Assembly: GCA_016748015.1 (NCBI GenBank)
Contig: JAAOMT010000723.1
Span: forward strand, 262,544-326,543
Length of the DNA stretch: 64,000 nucleotides
From: Geosiphon pyriformis uo1
Lineage: Eukaryota > Fungi > Glomeromycota
Direction of reading: 5' to 3'
Shown here one piece after another: positions 39,111 through 53,339 of the stretch (position 1 is the first letter of the stretch; every line of letters starts with the position of its first letter). The notes beneath the pieces are model-generated. The model worked only from the letters and a program-made list of their open reading frames with translations, was not told the DNA's origin and ran no database searches. The position numbers and the translations under genes were made by a program.

Positions 39111-39731
39111 ACTACATGTCCCATTGGGCTATATCAACATCTTAAATCGGAGATTGGGGACAAAAGACTCAGGTTTATTTAAAATTTATTCAGTTTAATA
39201 AGTCGTGATATTGATAGAGTTTAATGGTGATTGCCATTACATTATTATTAATTTCCCAGGTTCTAGGCCACATTATTAGTCTTGCATGATTGCACCTAAA
39301 AGATAGGCACCATTTCAGAATTCCAATTTTGGTAAATTCAACTTTTTGATATTAAATAAAAACGGCTTAAATCATTATGATAATAGTTTTTGATTAAATA
39401 ACAATCATTGTTATTTTTTGACATGATTGGCTTCGCATCCAATATTACACATGGAACTCGGAGTCAATCGGGGTCTTTGATATTTTTTTTTGATCACGAG
39501 AACAGAACCTTTGGGAGACCATTATTTTTATTGAAAAATTTTTCATTGGAGGTGATTGAGCACGGGCTCCGAAAATGTTCTCAAAGATCGTCAAATTTGG
39601 TAAGTCCCCCCAATACCCATGGCTAAGATCTATTAAATTTCAAAGAAAACTTATTTCCTGAATTAAACCATTGCCAATCGCTAATCTCTCATTGAATACA
39701 GTTTTCGTTAAAATTGGCCGGGAGGTAAGAA

Positions 39732-39770
<39 letters not shown>

Positions 39771-39790
39771 TAATAATAATAATAATAATA
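39732..39790. repeat. (AAT)n microsatellite
   Basis: Directly visible. Confidence 0.9.
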
Positions 39791-40296
39791 TAAATTTCGG
39801 AAAAAATAAAAAAACCGTTTATTACTCATGATAATTTTATTATTATAGTTAATCCGTTGAATAATATTAAAAATATAAAATGAATATGAAGTTTTATACT
39901 ATATTGTTTAATTGCAAAAAGTGTGTCATCATTGATCTTTAGAGATATTGGGCATTTACTGAATCGCAATTATAATAAATCTTGAAATCTTCATCCATTA
40001 GAATATAATAAATTAAATATTTTAGTTTTCCAAGACTTAAAATTTTCATTAATCACTATCTTTTTTCCAGGAAAATTCCCTTTAAAGTACATCACTTATA
40101 AAAATGACATCTTGATGTGTCTGATCCAAATAACCACTGATTACCCCGTCTCAATTTTAGAATGATCAAACTAATTTCCTACAAAAGTTGAAAATTTTGG
40201 GTTTCCCTGTTCGGTGAAAAGTTTAGGTCTAACTTGTAACCTTGCAATAACATTAAGTTTGCCTGGAATTTTATTTTCTGTTCTTACTAATGTTTC

Positions 40297-43200
40297 TCAT
40301 GAAAGAGGTAGGAAATCAGATAATAACATCATATGATACTCTTTAATGGTGGTATTAATTTTAAATAATGCTCTAGCGCCTAATTCAAGTCGTTCGTCAC
40401 TCAAATTTGTTTGCATCAAATCTAAACAAAAATCTCAATCAATATTCTTGGAAAAATCATGGCAAGGATATTTTCTCCAGAAACCATTTCATTAAATATG
40501 ATTTCTTCACATACCAGAAATCCATTCTCGTGTCTCTATCAACTCTCTTGAAAATGATTCTGCCAGTTCACGTCCATGAACCGCTTCCAATATGAAACAA
40601 ATACCATGGAGCAATGACGAGATGACATCTGGATCATCTGTATATCGTAACGATAAAATCAGTTCCCAATATTCCCGTGTTATTTGTATCAGCATTAATG
40701 TATTGGCTTTTTATTTGATAAAATTTGATTAGATTTGAATAAATTTTTGAAATGTCAATATAGAATTTGGGAAGGACTTACTAGAACAATACACGACTAT
40801 TCCCAAGGTTGTAATAAAATTTTTTATAAGCATCGATTCATACATTAAACCCTCATGATTGCTTTTTTTTTTAATAAACATAAAATCTGTGAATTTTGTG
40901 AATTTTGTGAAATCAATTTTTCGACATCAAAACCAACCCATCACGTCTCCAATTCCACCAACCAGCAGCTAGCGGAAAGAAAAATGTGTTGGCGGCCAAG
41001 GCGTCAAATTTGTTTATAGCAGTGGACGTGTTACGTATAGATTCTATCATTGGTCTTTTGGAAAATCGCCTTTCTTTATTCTGAGGTATTGTTCCTTGTA
41101 ACTGACCGGAAATAGATATCCTTGTGTCACTCATTTGCTGAGTTATCGAATCAAGCTCTGAAATCATTTTAATTGGAGATTTCTAAATTTGAAATTTCAT
41201 CATGTTCAAATTAGACATGTAATGATTTTTTAATAACGTTCAATAAAGCTCTAGAATATTAAGTTACTTAACTTGTTCGATCGAAATGCCTGCCAATTCC
41301 TGAGCTCCCTTGGCTATTGCGGCTAGTATGGTGCACCTCTCTTGTAGGGAAATATGATTTTTAAAAAAATACTGTACAAAGAATCTACCAAATAAATAAA
41401 ATATCTAGTTAGTTTTAAAATTAAATTATGATTTTAATATTGAATCGCCCTTTTAATCAACACAAATATGTTGACATAAATCAAAAAAAATTTAAGTGTC
41501 CGTACGGGACCACGATTTTTGGACTCCCGCAAATCAGCGCAACCAAAGCAGAATTTTTATTTTCATCAAATTGATTTAATTGGTAAACATCTTTTAAAGA
41601 AATTATTGTTGATGCCAATTCCACAGCATGTTCGTCTTGATAAAGCAAAGAGAAAAATAAATAAGGAATGAAATTTCGATATTTAATCGATAAATGCCAT
41701 ATTCTCAATTGAATAATACCTAATTCCATTCCAAATCCAGCTTTGTTCCTAATTAATTTAGAAGCGACCTGAAGACCAATTTCCGTTTTATCGGGATCAT
41801 CGCGAGATTTGAGATATGCAATCAAATCAATGATATATCTAAAAAACAATAAATATAAGCAAATCTAAAATGAAAAAGCATAGCCTGCCAAAAAATCAAT
41901 CCTCGTACACAGGAGGAAAAAGTCTTTGACCATTTTTTCGAGATGAAATTATATATGAATCATCTTCAGAAGGTTCTTCCATGGGATATGGCACTAAATC
42001 ATCATCGTCGTCGTCATCGTCAGAATCCCCAAGCTGTTTTTGAATACCAACTTTCACTGTAAGCACTTCAAGTTTTTTGAATCATCATTAAAAAATCGCC
42101 TGAAAAATATTCTGCTTTGAGACCCACTTCGAGCTTATTTTCCCCATAGGTTTCTTTTACAGTAATAAGCTCATTGAATTCTTGATAATCGTCAGTTTCA
42201 ATAGCGATTTTCTCAAATTTGACATGCTTTAGTGGCGTGTGAACTAATAAATTTGAAAGGTAAAACAGCTAATGTGTATAAAATTTGTAGATTTAAGAGA
42301 TTTATTCGGAAAACTAATACCTTCAGATTCGTTAATTTCAATTTTATCAGAAATATAAGGCATCAACCCGTCTTTGACTTTTATCAGAGATTTGAGGTAA
42401 TAAATTTTATCATCCTTCGCCATGCCGAAATTCAAAATCTTTTCGGGTTCATCTGTTAATTCAGATAAAATCTCGGCTGTGACCTGTTTGGATAAAGAAA
42501 TCAATATTGTACGAATTCGATTTATTGAAATGAAACAACAAAAATTAAAACCAAACAGACCATTCCTAACTTTCGTACTTGTTCGGATGAGCTTTGTAGC
42601 CAGCGATTTACCCCAGGGGTGATTTGAGTTGGGATCGAAGCTCTAATCAATGTCTCTTTAGGAAGATAGCCAAAAATTATCAGAATGGCGCTTGTGATAT
42701 CTTAAGAAACATTAAAATATGAAATTATTGTATTTTCAATAATCAATTAATAAAAAACAAATATTATGAACTTACAATGTTGCATAGCAATTGTGGCATG
42801 TTTAATAAAGGTCAGATCTGACCATGTTGAAATTAACATTTTAAGTACCTCAACAAGATCTTTTAAAATGAAAATTGGTTTTATATTGTTTGTACGAAAA
42901 ATTGGGCCATTTTAATCGAAATTCAACAGACCCACCATCATTGATTCCTAATTTCTTAGAATAACCCTCCTCATTTGCCTCACCCCAGCTCAAACAACAG
43001 CAAACTACTCGAATGAGACCAATAGAAAAAATTCTTCCTCCAAGGAAAAATTGGAATTTGAGAAAGTGCGAAATATTCTCATTAAAATTATTTCCAATTA
43101 ATGTTCGTAATAGTCGGGCAATATTTTGGATCTGATAACGTGAACTTTCGTCGGTGGAAATCAAGAGATCGGATTTAGGTAGCGATTGGTCAAATTGTGC

Positions 43201-44435
43201 AAGAAAAGCATAAAGAAAGGATTGCGAAGTAGCGGGCAGAAAATTTTGTAAAATAGAGCCCCATATTTTCCAATATATTGATGAAGTTTCTGAGTTCAAA
43301 CGATTGAAGAGGGAAGTGTAAATCGGTTGCAGCAATGAGTCTTTAATTGTAAAAATTATCGAATCAATCGAATAGTTTAATATTTTTGATCAGAAAATTA
43401 CGGACTGTTCTTTCCAAGATAATTTAATTCAAATGGAAAAACTCACTCGCATGACCAACCCGACATATTTTGGAAAAAAGCTCGGCAAAGGCAAATGAAG
43501 AGGTTTCAATTTCTTCCTCTGGGAAGATGAAGCTTTATTAATATCTCCTGTTATAAATATTTTCATCTATTTCTAAAGTCTCCCTAAACGAAAACAAGTA
43601 ACATGCCTTTCATTTCTATCCCCTCACATATATCGAATATAGAGATTTCAGCATCAGATCCTAGTTTCATAAAAAAGTATCTATAAGATCGTCAGGGATA
43701 ATAATATTGATCCTTTGGCGATTTTTAGATGATTGGTCAACATGGAACTGGCCCTTGTATTTCAATAGGATACACATCTTGCATTGATTGATCTTCGAGA
43801 TTTTCAATTCGACGTCGATGATTCTCATCTAAGACCATGAGATTCGCCAAACGTTGAGGTATTGAACAAAATAAAGAAACAAATTCTCTCCATTCTTCAT
43901 TTTTTGCTGAATCATTGGCTTTGACGTTGAAAAAAATTGCCTCATAGAAATCATGAATCAAATAAAGCTTCAGCAAATTGCTTAAAAGTGTGCAGGTAAC
44001 GTTCAACAGAAAGATGTTCCTTAGTTGAGCTTCCTGCGACTTCTCAGCATTGGGTGTAAATGACAAACGAGATACAAGAATGTTAAGCGAGAAATAAGCT
44101 CTTTTCCTCTTCCACAAATCTTTTATTCCGGTGGGAACAAAATATTCTAAAAATTGAATATTTTTTTCTAATCGAAATGGAGTTCCAAACCAATTTAAAA
44201 CAACCTTGTCAAGTAGAAATTCTATAAAATTCGGATATAATCTTTCAATAAAATATTCTTGTAAATCTGGGTTACTACGGAATCCTCCCCAAGTTTTACA
44301 CGTTTTTTCTTTGTCTAAAAATTCTAAGAGCTCGCTGAGATGTTTAAGATTTTCTTCAAAGGATAAATCTGAAGAAACGAGCTTCGTTCTGAAAAGTTGA
44401 AGGTGATTTCTTAGAAGTCGATAATCAGATTCCAT
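40297..44435 (-). CDS. TEL2: Telomere length regulation protein TEL2 (TTT complex PIKK chaperone), multi-exon
   Basis: CSIPQRLAN; acidic DSDDDDDDDLVPYPM loop; PPV-YIIDLIAYLKSRDDPDKTEIGLQVASKLIR; ISLQERCTILAAIAKGAQELA; NKFDALAANTFFFPL; FITTLGIVVYCS. Terminal exon ends DFLPLS*. Confidence 0.9.
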
Positions 44436-44499
44436 GAACACTGTTAATCAAGGCCGAGGCTTGAGGTTCAAAAGAATATTATCTGGTGACATTCAAGAT

Positions 44500-45590
44500 C
44501 ATGTCGTAAAAATTGTAATTATGTAATTTAATTGATTTATTTAATAATTTAGAATGTGTAAACAAAATAATTGTTTACTATGCTTATAAAACTACAAATT
44601 GTGCTTAATAAGAAATAAAACATATTAAGAAATACTTGAATAAATAATATAAACTAACAAATAACTATTTTTTTTAAAAAAAAATAACTATTATAATATA
44701 ATATATAAAAATTAAAAATATTAATATAAAAACATTAGATTTAAGAACTTATATGTTAAAAACGTTTTATAACAAAATATTAATTATTATAATATCAAGT
44801 ATTTAAATATTACATATATTAAATTACATATTTAACTATATTATTAATGTAAAAATTAAAAGAATATTGTTTAAAAATTAAAAAATTATAATTTGTATAT
44901 ATTAAGTATTTTGATAAAAGTAATTTTATTAAACTTTTATAAATAAAAATAAACAAATAAAAAAATTTATAAAAAACTAGGTATTAAAAATTTTTAAATA
45001 AATAATCTTTACTTTGATGTCTAATATAATTGTAAAAATTAAAAAATTACATTAAAATAATATTTTAGTTTAATTTTATTAATATATAAAAAACAATTTT
45101 AGATTTTTTTGTATAAATTTATATTTTAAGTTTAAATACAGCTGCCAAAATTAAGTTTGTTGAATTCTTTTATTATAAGTTAAATTTTTTAATTTGTAAT
45201 AATATGCTGTAATTCATTTTAAAGTTTTTAAAATTATTTTTATTTATTGGTTAATTTAAAAAAAAATAATGTTTTTTAATTAAAAAAAGTTATTGTTTTT
45301 TATATATTTAAAATTAAATTAATAAAATAATGCAAAAATTTAAATATATAACTTTTTATATATAAGACCAAAAATAAATTTTAAAATTATTTTATTATAT
45401 TAACAGTAATTATTTTTAAATTTTAAATTTTGTAATTTTAAATTATAATTGTATATTTATAAATATAAGTTTTGTTTATAAAGCTTTAATTAAAAATTTA
45501 TTTTTAAAAACTATTTAATAATTTTAATTATTTATAAATATTATAAATATTAATTTAATATTTTATATGAATAAAAAAGTAATAAATTTT
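44500..45590. repeat. Extremely AT-rich decayed repeat DNA
   Basis: Abrupt loss of G/C directly upstream of the TEL2 start. Confidence 0.75.
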
Positions 45591-45594
45591 TTTT

Positions 45595-48500
45595 TCTCTT
45601 GTCGATCCCCTGACCATGACAAGAGCATTTGTATTATCAAAGATTTGGCTTTTTCCTTTCTCTTTTCCCCTTATTTTCTTTAGTTATTTTTTCTAACATT
45701 CTCAATTTTGTTGTAATAAAACCAGTAGGCTCTTTTGTTGGTGATTCTGGTACTGATTCAGTTGGGTTGGAATTCTGGTCTAGAATTAAAAAAAAAGTGT
45801 GAGTTGAGAGTATATATGCTCGGAATCCTTCATACAAAAAATCGAAAAAACCTGTTGCTACTGGAGTATTGATAGACTCATCGGCTAGATCTTTTCTTGG
45901 TAATGTTTTACAGATAAACTGTGATGAACACAAGATGTCTTGAGGCAGCAAAGTTGAAAGTGAGGATGCCAGCATTAATGGGGTGTCTGATGTTGATGAC
46001 ATGGACAACATGGTAGCTGAAGAGACTAGTTATGTAAATTCCAATGCTTCTGAGACTGACAACATGGTGGACAATACAATGCCTAGAAAAACACATACAA
46101 GGACCTATGTTTTGGGACTGCTGCCAAAAACACTTTCTTTTAAAAACTTAAGTAATGATAATACTGAGTTGGTGCTTCCTAAGCCTAAGCTTGTTGGATT
46201 TAATTGGCTGCCGTCAGCCAAATCACGTGTTTCAGAGAGTTGTAGCTTCGAGCTAGTTAGATCATTTGCTTTAGATGTGGATTTGGCTGCTGTGTCTGGA
46301 AAGACTAATGGTGATATATTAATTTCAATCAAAAAAATTTTCTATAGAATTGATGGTTTTGGGGGAGCTTCTACTCTCTTAAAATTCTCAGAGATCATCA
46401 GAGCTTTTTTTACTTCTGAATCTAGTATGAATAAGGCAAGAGAATTGGCAGTTTATGAAAATATTATTGTTAATGATAATCTAAAAAAGATAAATAAATG
46501 TTCAGATAAGGAAATTGTTGTCAAGGAGATTCTGGTCAATCTTTCCAAGTCGGCTGTGGAATCTGTTTTCTCTAAATTTGGAAGGATTGTGTCGATCAAA
46601 ATGTAGTTGATTGGTTTGTGGCAAAAAGCTTTGGTGGAGTTTGAGTCATCAGAGATAGCTGATTTGGTCACAGCTAAATGGTCTGTTCTCATGAGAAAAG
46701 ATTCTGTTTATGTGGCTAAGGCTGTTAAAGATAAACAATCGTGGATTTCTAGAGATCAATATCGGGCATTGCTGTATACTTTTTTGGTTGGTACAACAGC
46801 TTATAATCTTTCGGATTTGTTGGAATCATATGGTGGGAGAACTTGTTTCATTGGCCATAATCCTACTTTATATGTGCATGATAAATGTGCAATTGTGTGT
46901 TTTGTTGACGAGACATCCAAATTGGCTGCTATTGGTCTACTCCAGTATTTAAGAGTATGAATTTGTACTGGGCTGGTTTTTTTTTGGCCTGTTGTGCTTA
47001 TTGCAAACAGTTTGGTCATATCTCTACAGGATGTTCATTAAGTGAAAATTCTGGTGCTCGTGGTAAGTAGATGGTAACTCCTCAAGATCAGGTCCATTTG
47101 GCTAATATATATAAGAAGAAGCAAACGCCAATTGTTTAACCAGTTTCTTTCAGTAAGAAAACTTGGGCCCAGATGGCTGGTGGTTCTTCTTCTCATGTGG
47201 TTTCATCGGGGTCTTTGGAATCTGGTTCATCTTTAGGCCCAAAGCTTGTGTCAATGAATTTTAGTTTCTTTGGCAATTCTTATTTGGTTGATTGGTTGGC
47301 TTCTCTGGAATGCTCTTTAGAGCTTTTGACGGATCAGATTTCTGGTATTATGAAAAAATTGAGTTTTGTGGAATTGGTACTGCTGGCATCCAAACCTCTT
47401 ATCCCTCCTCTGATTGTTCTCACATTTGTTACATCCAATTTGGACTCTGATATGGCTCTGGATATCACAACAGTGTTTCCTTTTCTGTCACTTTCGATTG
47501 TTACTGACTCAGCTGCTAACCTTGGCCTGAGCAGTTCTAAAGTTTTAACATTCAAAATGGGTGGATTGGAATTCAAAATAGTGGCTTTGGAAGTGTCAGT
47601 TGTATTTGTTTTAGAGAAATTAGATTGTTTGTGCTCAGATTTGGGTTTGTCAGCTGTTTTTATTTCTCAATGAGTGTTTTAGTTTGGAAAGTTGCCACAT
47701 GCAATATAAGAGGCATAAACAATCCTGCGAAACAAGATGATATTGTTCGATGGCATAAAGATATGGACAATTTGGTTTCAATTTTTATGGAAACAAAGTT
47801 AAAAAATAAGGCTCGCTCTTGGTTGGTCAACAAATTTGATAATGTTCACATGTTTTTTTCTGGTTTGGATTCTGGCTATGTGGGTGCAGGTGTTGCAGTT
47901 GTTATGAACAGATCCTTGGCTAAGCATGTATATAAGGTTTCTGAAGTCCCAGATTGTCTTCTCTGTATTAAGTTACTTTTCAAAAATAAACTTTCGGTTT
48001 CAATTCTGGAACTGTATGCTGGTGCCTCTTTGGCTACTTAATTTTCCCAGGCTGATGAGATTAATTCCTTGATTGCGAGGGCTGTAAATGAATCTTCTTT
48101 TGTTATTCTTGGTGGTAATTTCAATGAAGATGGATCTTATAAGTACACTAGTTTTAAGAAATGCCATGATTTGGGTTTGATTAATTCTTTAGGTGAAAGC
48201 TTCTTTGCTAAGGCACCAACTTGGGACAATTCTTGAGGTGTTTCAAAGATGATTGATTATGTGTTTGTTTCTTTAAATCTGGTGAATGTGATAATACAGC
48301 ATGATGTTTTTGTTGTCAGTGAACATTTTAATATGGATCACAGGGCTGTTTTTGTGTCTTTAGGTTTGGGTGGTCTTCTAGATATGAGATTAAACTCTCT
48401 TCGCAAACAGGCAAATAAGGATCAATGGAAGTTTAATTTTAAGAATGCTAATGAGATTAAATGGAATAATTTTAAAAGTTCTATACTGGCAAATACTGCA

Positions 48501-51500
48501 ATGTTCTTAGGTGAATTCACTGTGTCTGTAAGATTTTTGGATTTGGATACTATGTGGTGTATTGTGCACAAAGTTATAACTCTTTCAGCTAATAAAATTT
48601 TCAAAAAAAAGTAGTTCAAAGAGTTTGATAAAGTTTTCACCAAAGATTCTTTGAAATTTCATAAATTGAAGCTTTTGGTTTCTAGGATTGTTAAGGCTTT
48701 ATGTGGGGATGATACTGGAAAAGTTGTTTATTTTATGAAATGTTGGAGCTCTGTGGACAATGTCAAGTTTTCTGTTGTTCAGAATCTGGTGGATTCTGGT
48801 GCTGGTTCTGATCGTATTTGTTTTACTCTTTTTGGTGCTAGAAAGTTTTATCGTGCTTCTAAACTCACTGAATTTTTGAGGACTAAGGATGTAAACATCA
48901 GGTCTGCCATTGATAGGAGAATGGAAAACTTTGAGGTTAACAAGGACCATATAATTAGGAGTGTGCTGGAGCATTCATTTTGTAAAGTGGTGCTAGACCA
49001 TCTAGTGATTAATAATGATCTGATTTTGGAACCTGGTTTGGTTAAATCTAAGGTGGATGTGATCATGGAAGAATGGACCAGAAAGTGTCATGTGGTAGAT
49101 GAAGTATTAATTGATTGGCATCATCAATATCAACTTTTGGGATATGTTTTTGATGGGGCCTTTTCTAAAGTTATATGCCTAATTGGTTTTGATAAATTCT
49201 TTGGGATGGTTTCTGGCTTGCCTAATAGCAAAGCTGCTGGTTTGTCTGGTATACCAAATAAACTTTGGAAACATTGCAATAAGTCTGTTCTGGATATGCT
49301 TTTGGTAATTTTAAATCTTTGTCTGTCTAATGAATTGGTGTTTGGCTCTTAAAAAGAGGTCTGGGTCTCAATAATTCCCAAACTGTATAAGTGGAAAGGT
49401 GTTTTAATTAACACTCATCCTATTGCTTTGATCAAAATGGCTTGTAAAATTCTTTCTAAGATTCTTTCTAACAGGATCTTTTCGGCATGTAGTACTTTTG
49501 ATGTCTTTCATGGGGACAATTTCTCGGTTTTAAAGGGTACAACAACTCAGTCTCCTATTTTCACAATTGGTTTAGTGGTTGAAGACGGTTTGGAAAAGGA
49601 CTGTGAGCTTTGGCTGGTTTTGCAGGACATGTGAAAAGCATATGATTTGGTTGGCTGGAAGCATCTCAAAAATAGTTTGATCAGGATTAAGATGTATAGC
49701 AAATTCATTCATTTTTTTGGCAACATTCACAATAATCATACCAACTGAGTTATGACAGATTTTGGTTTGATGAATGGTTATTGTGTACATGATGGTCTGA
49801 ATTAGGGAAAAGTTTTCTCTCCTCTTTTGTGGCAAATATTTTATGATTTGTTGTTGTGTGAAGTCAAGCACCAAAAGAGTATGTGTAGATATAGGCTGAA
49901 TTCTCATTTTATTTCCAAAAATAGTCATGCCAAATTTTGTGCTGGACATTCTTTTTTTTTTGCTGCTGGTGTCTTTGTTGATGATACAATTTGGGTTGGT
50001 AGCAGTCAAAGCACTACTCAACATATTTTTAATGTTGCCAGTGAATTTTTTCAGATCAATAATATCTTAATTAACAATGACAAAACAGTGGTAATTTCCA
50101 TTAACAGCAGGGTCAGCAATCCTTCTCTTTCTATCAGTGGTCTACCTATTTCAATTACCAAAAAGAGGAAGTTTTATAGATACTTGGGTATTTTTCTTTT
50201 AACTGAGGATCTTTCCAAACCTAGTTTGGTGAGAGCGCTGTTATTTATAAAAATATAGGGAATATATATAAGCATAGTTATTAACCAATCAGAAGTAAAT
50301 GTAGTAAAATATGAAATTCCAGAATTCCTCTCAGAAATTGCAGGATTCCAGAATTCCAGAATTCCTCTCAAAGGAATTGCAGGATTCCTGTTGTAAAGAA
50401 TTGAGAAATTGAGGAATCTCAATTATGTATATATAACAATAGGATTAAAAGCTAAAAAGACAGACCTCTCAGTTTAGATTTCATCTAAACAACTTTCCAA
50501 ACCACAAATAAATAACTGTTTGTTATCTCAAACCCACTGCCACTATCAACACTTCATGTTGATAGTAATTGATACTTAACCACACTGAAACAATAGTTCT
50601 TAATCATGGCTATTGACAAAATACTAACTTGCAAATCACCTTGGCTTATTTCTTTTCTTTCTTTATTTTCTTTTCTTTTCTTTATTTTTTGCTTTGATTT
50701 TATTGTCTTTTACTAATTCTATTGAGAATTAACGTGTGGGGTACTAACGTCAGGATAAACATGACTGGTAAAAGACCCAGAAATAAGGGTAGAACACTCA
50801 ATTGAGGATAGCTTACCAGGAGGAATACCAGCCATCAAGCTGAGAAAAAAATTGACAAAACTGCAGTTTCGGAAAGCTACAGATAAAACTATTACCATTG
50901 AATCTCTGTCCATTATACAAAGAACTCAACCAAACTCTTTGAATACAATCCTGTCAGACACCAACCTTCAGATTACTATTAACTGCAATTAGATTTAAGC
51001 ACCAAGTTACGGGTTTGTTATCTAATCCAATACCAGAAGTAGTTACCTATAACAGCGCATTCAGATGTTCGTTTTTTCACTAATTTGGTGTTGAAAAAAG
51101 CTGTCTCAGATAAACAGTTCTTGTATTTAGTTTTGGCAGTTCTCTATTCTATTGTAAGCTATAGGACACAGTTTAGCTTTGTTCCTGTTAGTGTGTGCAA
51201 CAAATGGGATGCTTTGATTCACAAGAGCTTGAAGCTAAAATCTGGTCTTCCACTGGATTTTCCTAGTGATACAATTCACCATCTCTTTTTTTATGGTTTG
51301 AAGTCTTTTTTGCAGTGTCAATCTAAGAGTAAAGTTGCTTCACTTATTAGTTTTGCAAACTCTGGTGGGATTTTGGGGCATTTGTTCAGTTACAGGTCTT
51401 ATAACTTATAGATTCAGTATTGGTGACCTGTCCATTTATTGGTTTTCCTTGCTCATATTCGTGTTAATATTTCTAATAATTTCTTAGCTGGCATGGTTCA

Positions 51501-53300
51501 AATTTTTTTTGACTGCAAGTTATTTTTGGGCAGCTCTTTGGTCAGCTCTTTCCAGTTTTATGGTGAAATACTTATGTCTGTTGTTCTTGGTAAGTCTTTG
51601 TTTTATAAAGTTTTATCTTCTTTCCGGCAGTATGGCATTGTTTTTGTGGACCAGCTTTGTGATTGTTTTGGTAATGTCTTTAGCTAGCACACCTTTAAGA
51701 AGTGGAAAAAGCTGGACTCTCATGGTTCAGTTCCCAAATGGTTTGATATTTCTGTTGTATTTCTTGTGGTTCCTCATTCTTTTCTCTCAGTATTGGCTGG
51801 TGTTGGCCCTCTAGACATTTGTGGCTCTAATGATTTTGTATTTGTTTGTGATTGTCTTTCTCAGGTTAGTGCTGATAGCTTGTCTGTGTACACGGATGGT
51901 TCTTTGAAGAATTTGGGCACAATCAGTTGTAGAGCTGGAGCTGCTGCTTTTTTTAAGAACATTAATTTGGGTTTAAGTGTCAGTGTTCAGGACTTAATGT
52001 CTTCCACTTTGATAGAACTGCAGGCTATAGCGTTGGCTCTAGAATGCATGCCTGCGGCTTGTTCTGTCCATCTGTTTTCAGATAGTCAGGTGGCTTTGAA
52101 TGCTTGCAAATCGGAGTCTGACCTAGTGTGTCCTGATTTTTGCAATCGGTGTTGGGTTGAGCATCGGCATATCAAGAATATTATTCACAGTAAGAATTTG
52201 AGAGTCAAATAGTACAAGGTTAAGGGCCACTCTAGTATTTCAGGGAATGATCATGCCAATAGCCTCACTAACACTATATCTCTCTCTGGTTGGTATCTTC
52301 CTCCTCATGTTAATGAACATTTTTTGTTGGCAGATGGTAGTATTGTGTCTGGTAATTTTAGGCATTTTGTTCATGATGTTTTTTGTGCTGTTTGTTAGGT
52401 GCATTGGAAGATCGGTTCTGGTTCTGGTTTTCTAGATAGTGATCTGTGTTCAGATGTTGATTGGCTTTGTTCTTTCAGGGTTTGGCATTCTGATTTGCAT
52501 ATGGCCACTGGTTTCACCAGCAGACTGACTGCTGAAGCTTGAACTTACTTCATGAAGGCTTTACACCATTGGCTTCTTGTAGCTGTTCGGAAGTGCATTT
52601 ATGATAAATGTTACTCTAGTGTTCTGTGTCTGTATTGTGGTAAGGTGAAGATGTCTAATCATGTGTTTTTTTGTGTGGTTGATGATTCAGCTCGTCATCA
52701 GGTTTTGGAATCTTGCATATCTTCTTGAAGAGTGCTTTTTGGTCTCTTTTTTTCTTCTTTGGATGTATTACAGCTGCTGTTGACCTGTGCTTTGAACCTC
52801 CCAGTTTCCTCAGCTCTTTACAAGGGTTTTGTTTTCAATGGATGGCTTCGGGAGACTATTTCTGTCTTTCATGATTCCAAAGTTGCTGGTGTTAAAATTT
52901 CTGATTTTGTGTGATCTATTTGTCTTGCTTTCAGGAATGACATTTGTTTGGTCCATGCTAGACATCATGCATTTATGGAAAAGAATGGCCTAATTCCTGT
53001 AGATGGCTTGATCCCCATTTTGGTTTCTGGTTTGGTTTTGGGATTCTCAGCTGGTGTGATTAAACTGCTTGGTGTTGCTGAAGCTTTTGGTGTCTGTTTT
53101 GGCTTTCGCAAGTCTTGCTCATTTTTTTCAGGTATTGGTGACCCAGTTTCTGTCAATATAAATGCATAGTGTTGTCTTAACTGGTTTGAATGGCTGGTCA
53201 TGTGTAAAAAATACATGATTCATGCTTAGTTTAAATCATTTCATTGATGTATAGTTCTAAGTGGTATTTGGACCTCACTCATTAAATGAATAAAAAAAAA
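45595..53300 (+). mobile_element. Near full-length, inactivated non-LTR (LINE) retrotransposon with ORF1 (zinc knuckle) and ORF2 (APE-RT-RNase H-zinc finger)
   Basis: ORF1 ~45716-47673 with an RRM-like VESVFSKFGRIVSIKM and CAYCKQFGHISTGC (CX2CX4HX4C). ORF2 47670-53169 with KVATCNIRGINNP (APE), RT motifs (LQDM.KAYD, SPLLW, FVDD), RNase H (VYTDGS, IELQAIALAL, FSDSQ, KVKGHS) and CLYC..H...C. AATAAA/poly-A at ~53288-53300. Many premature stops. Confidence 0.95.
50239..51054 (+). mobile_element. Solo LTR (family A, 816 bp) inserted in LINE ORF2 with 4-bp TSD GCGC
   Basis: TGTTAT...ATAACA termini; GCGC at 50235-50238 and 51055-51058. Excision restores LVRAHSDVRFF, matching LVKAHFDVHFF in the second LINE copy. 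Confidence 0.95.
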
Positions 53301-53339
53301 ATTTTATTTTAGTTTTAATAATAAAAAATAATAAAGTAT

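Noticed and set aside
50305-50420. Short palindromic GAATTCC repeats resembling a CRISPR array (also 63580-63700 and 19510-19690)
   Set aside because: No constant repeat with unique spacers, eukaryotic context, and all lie inside LTRs.
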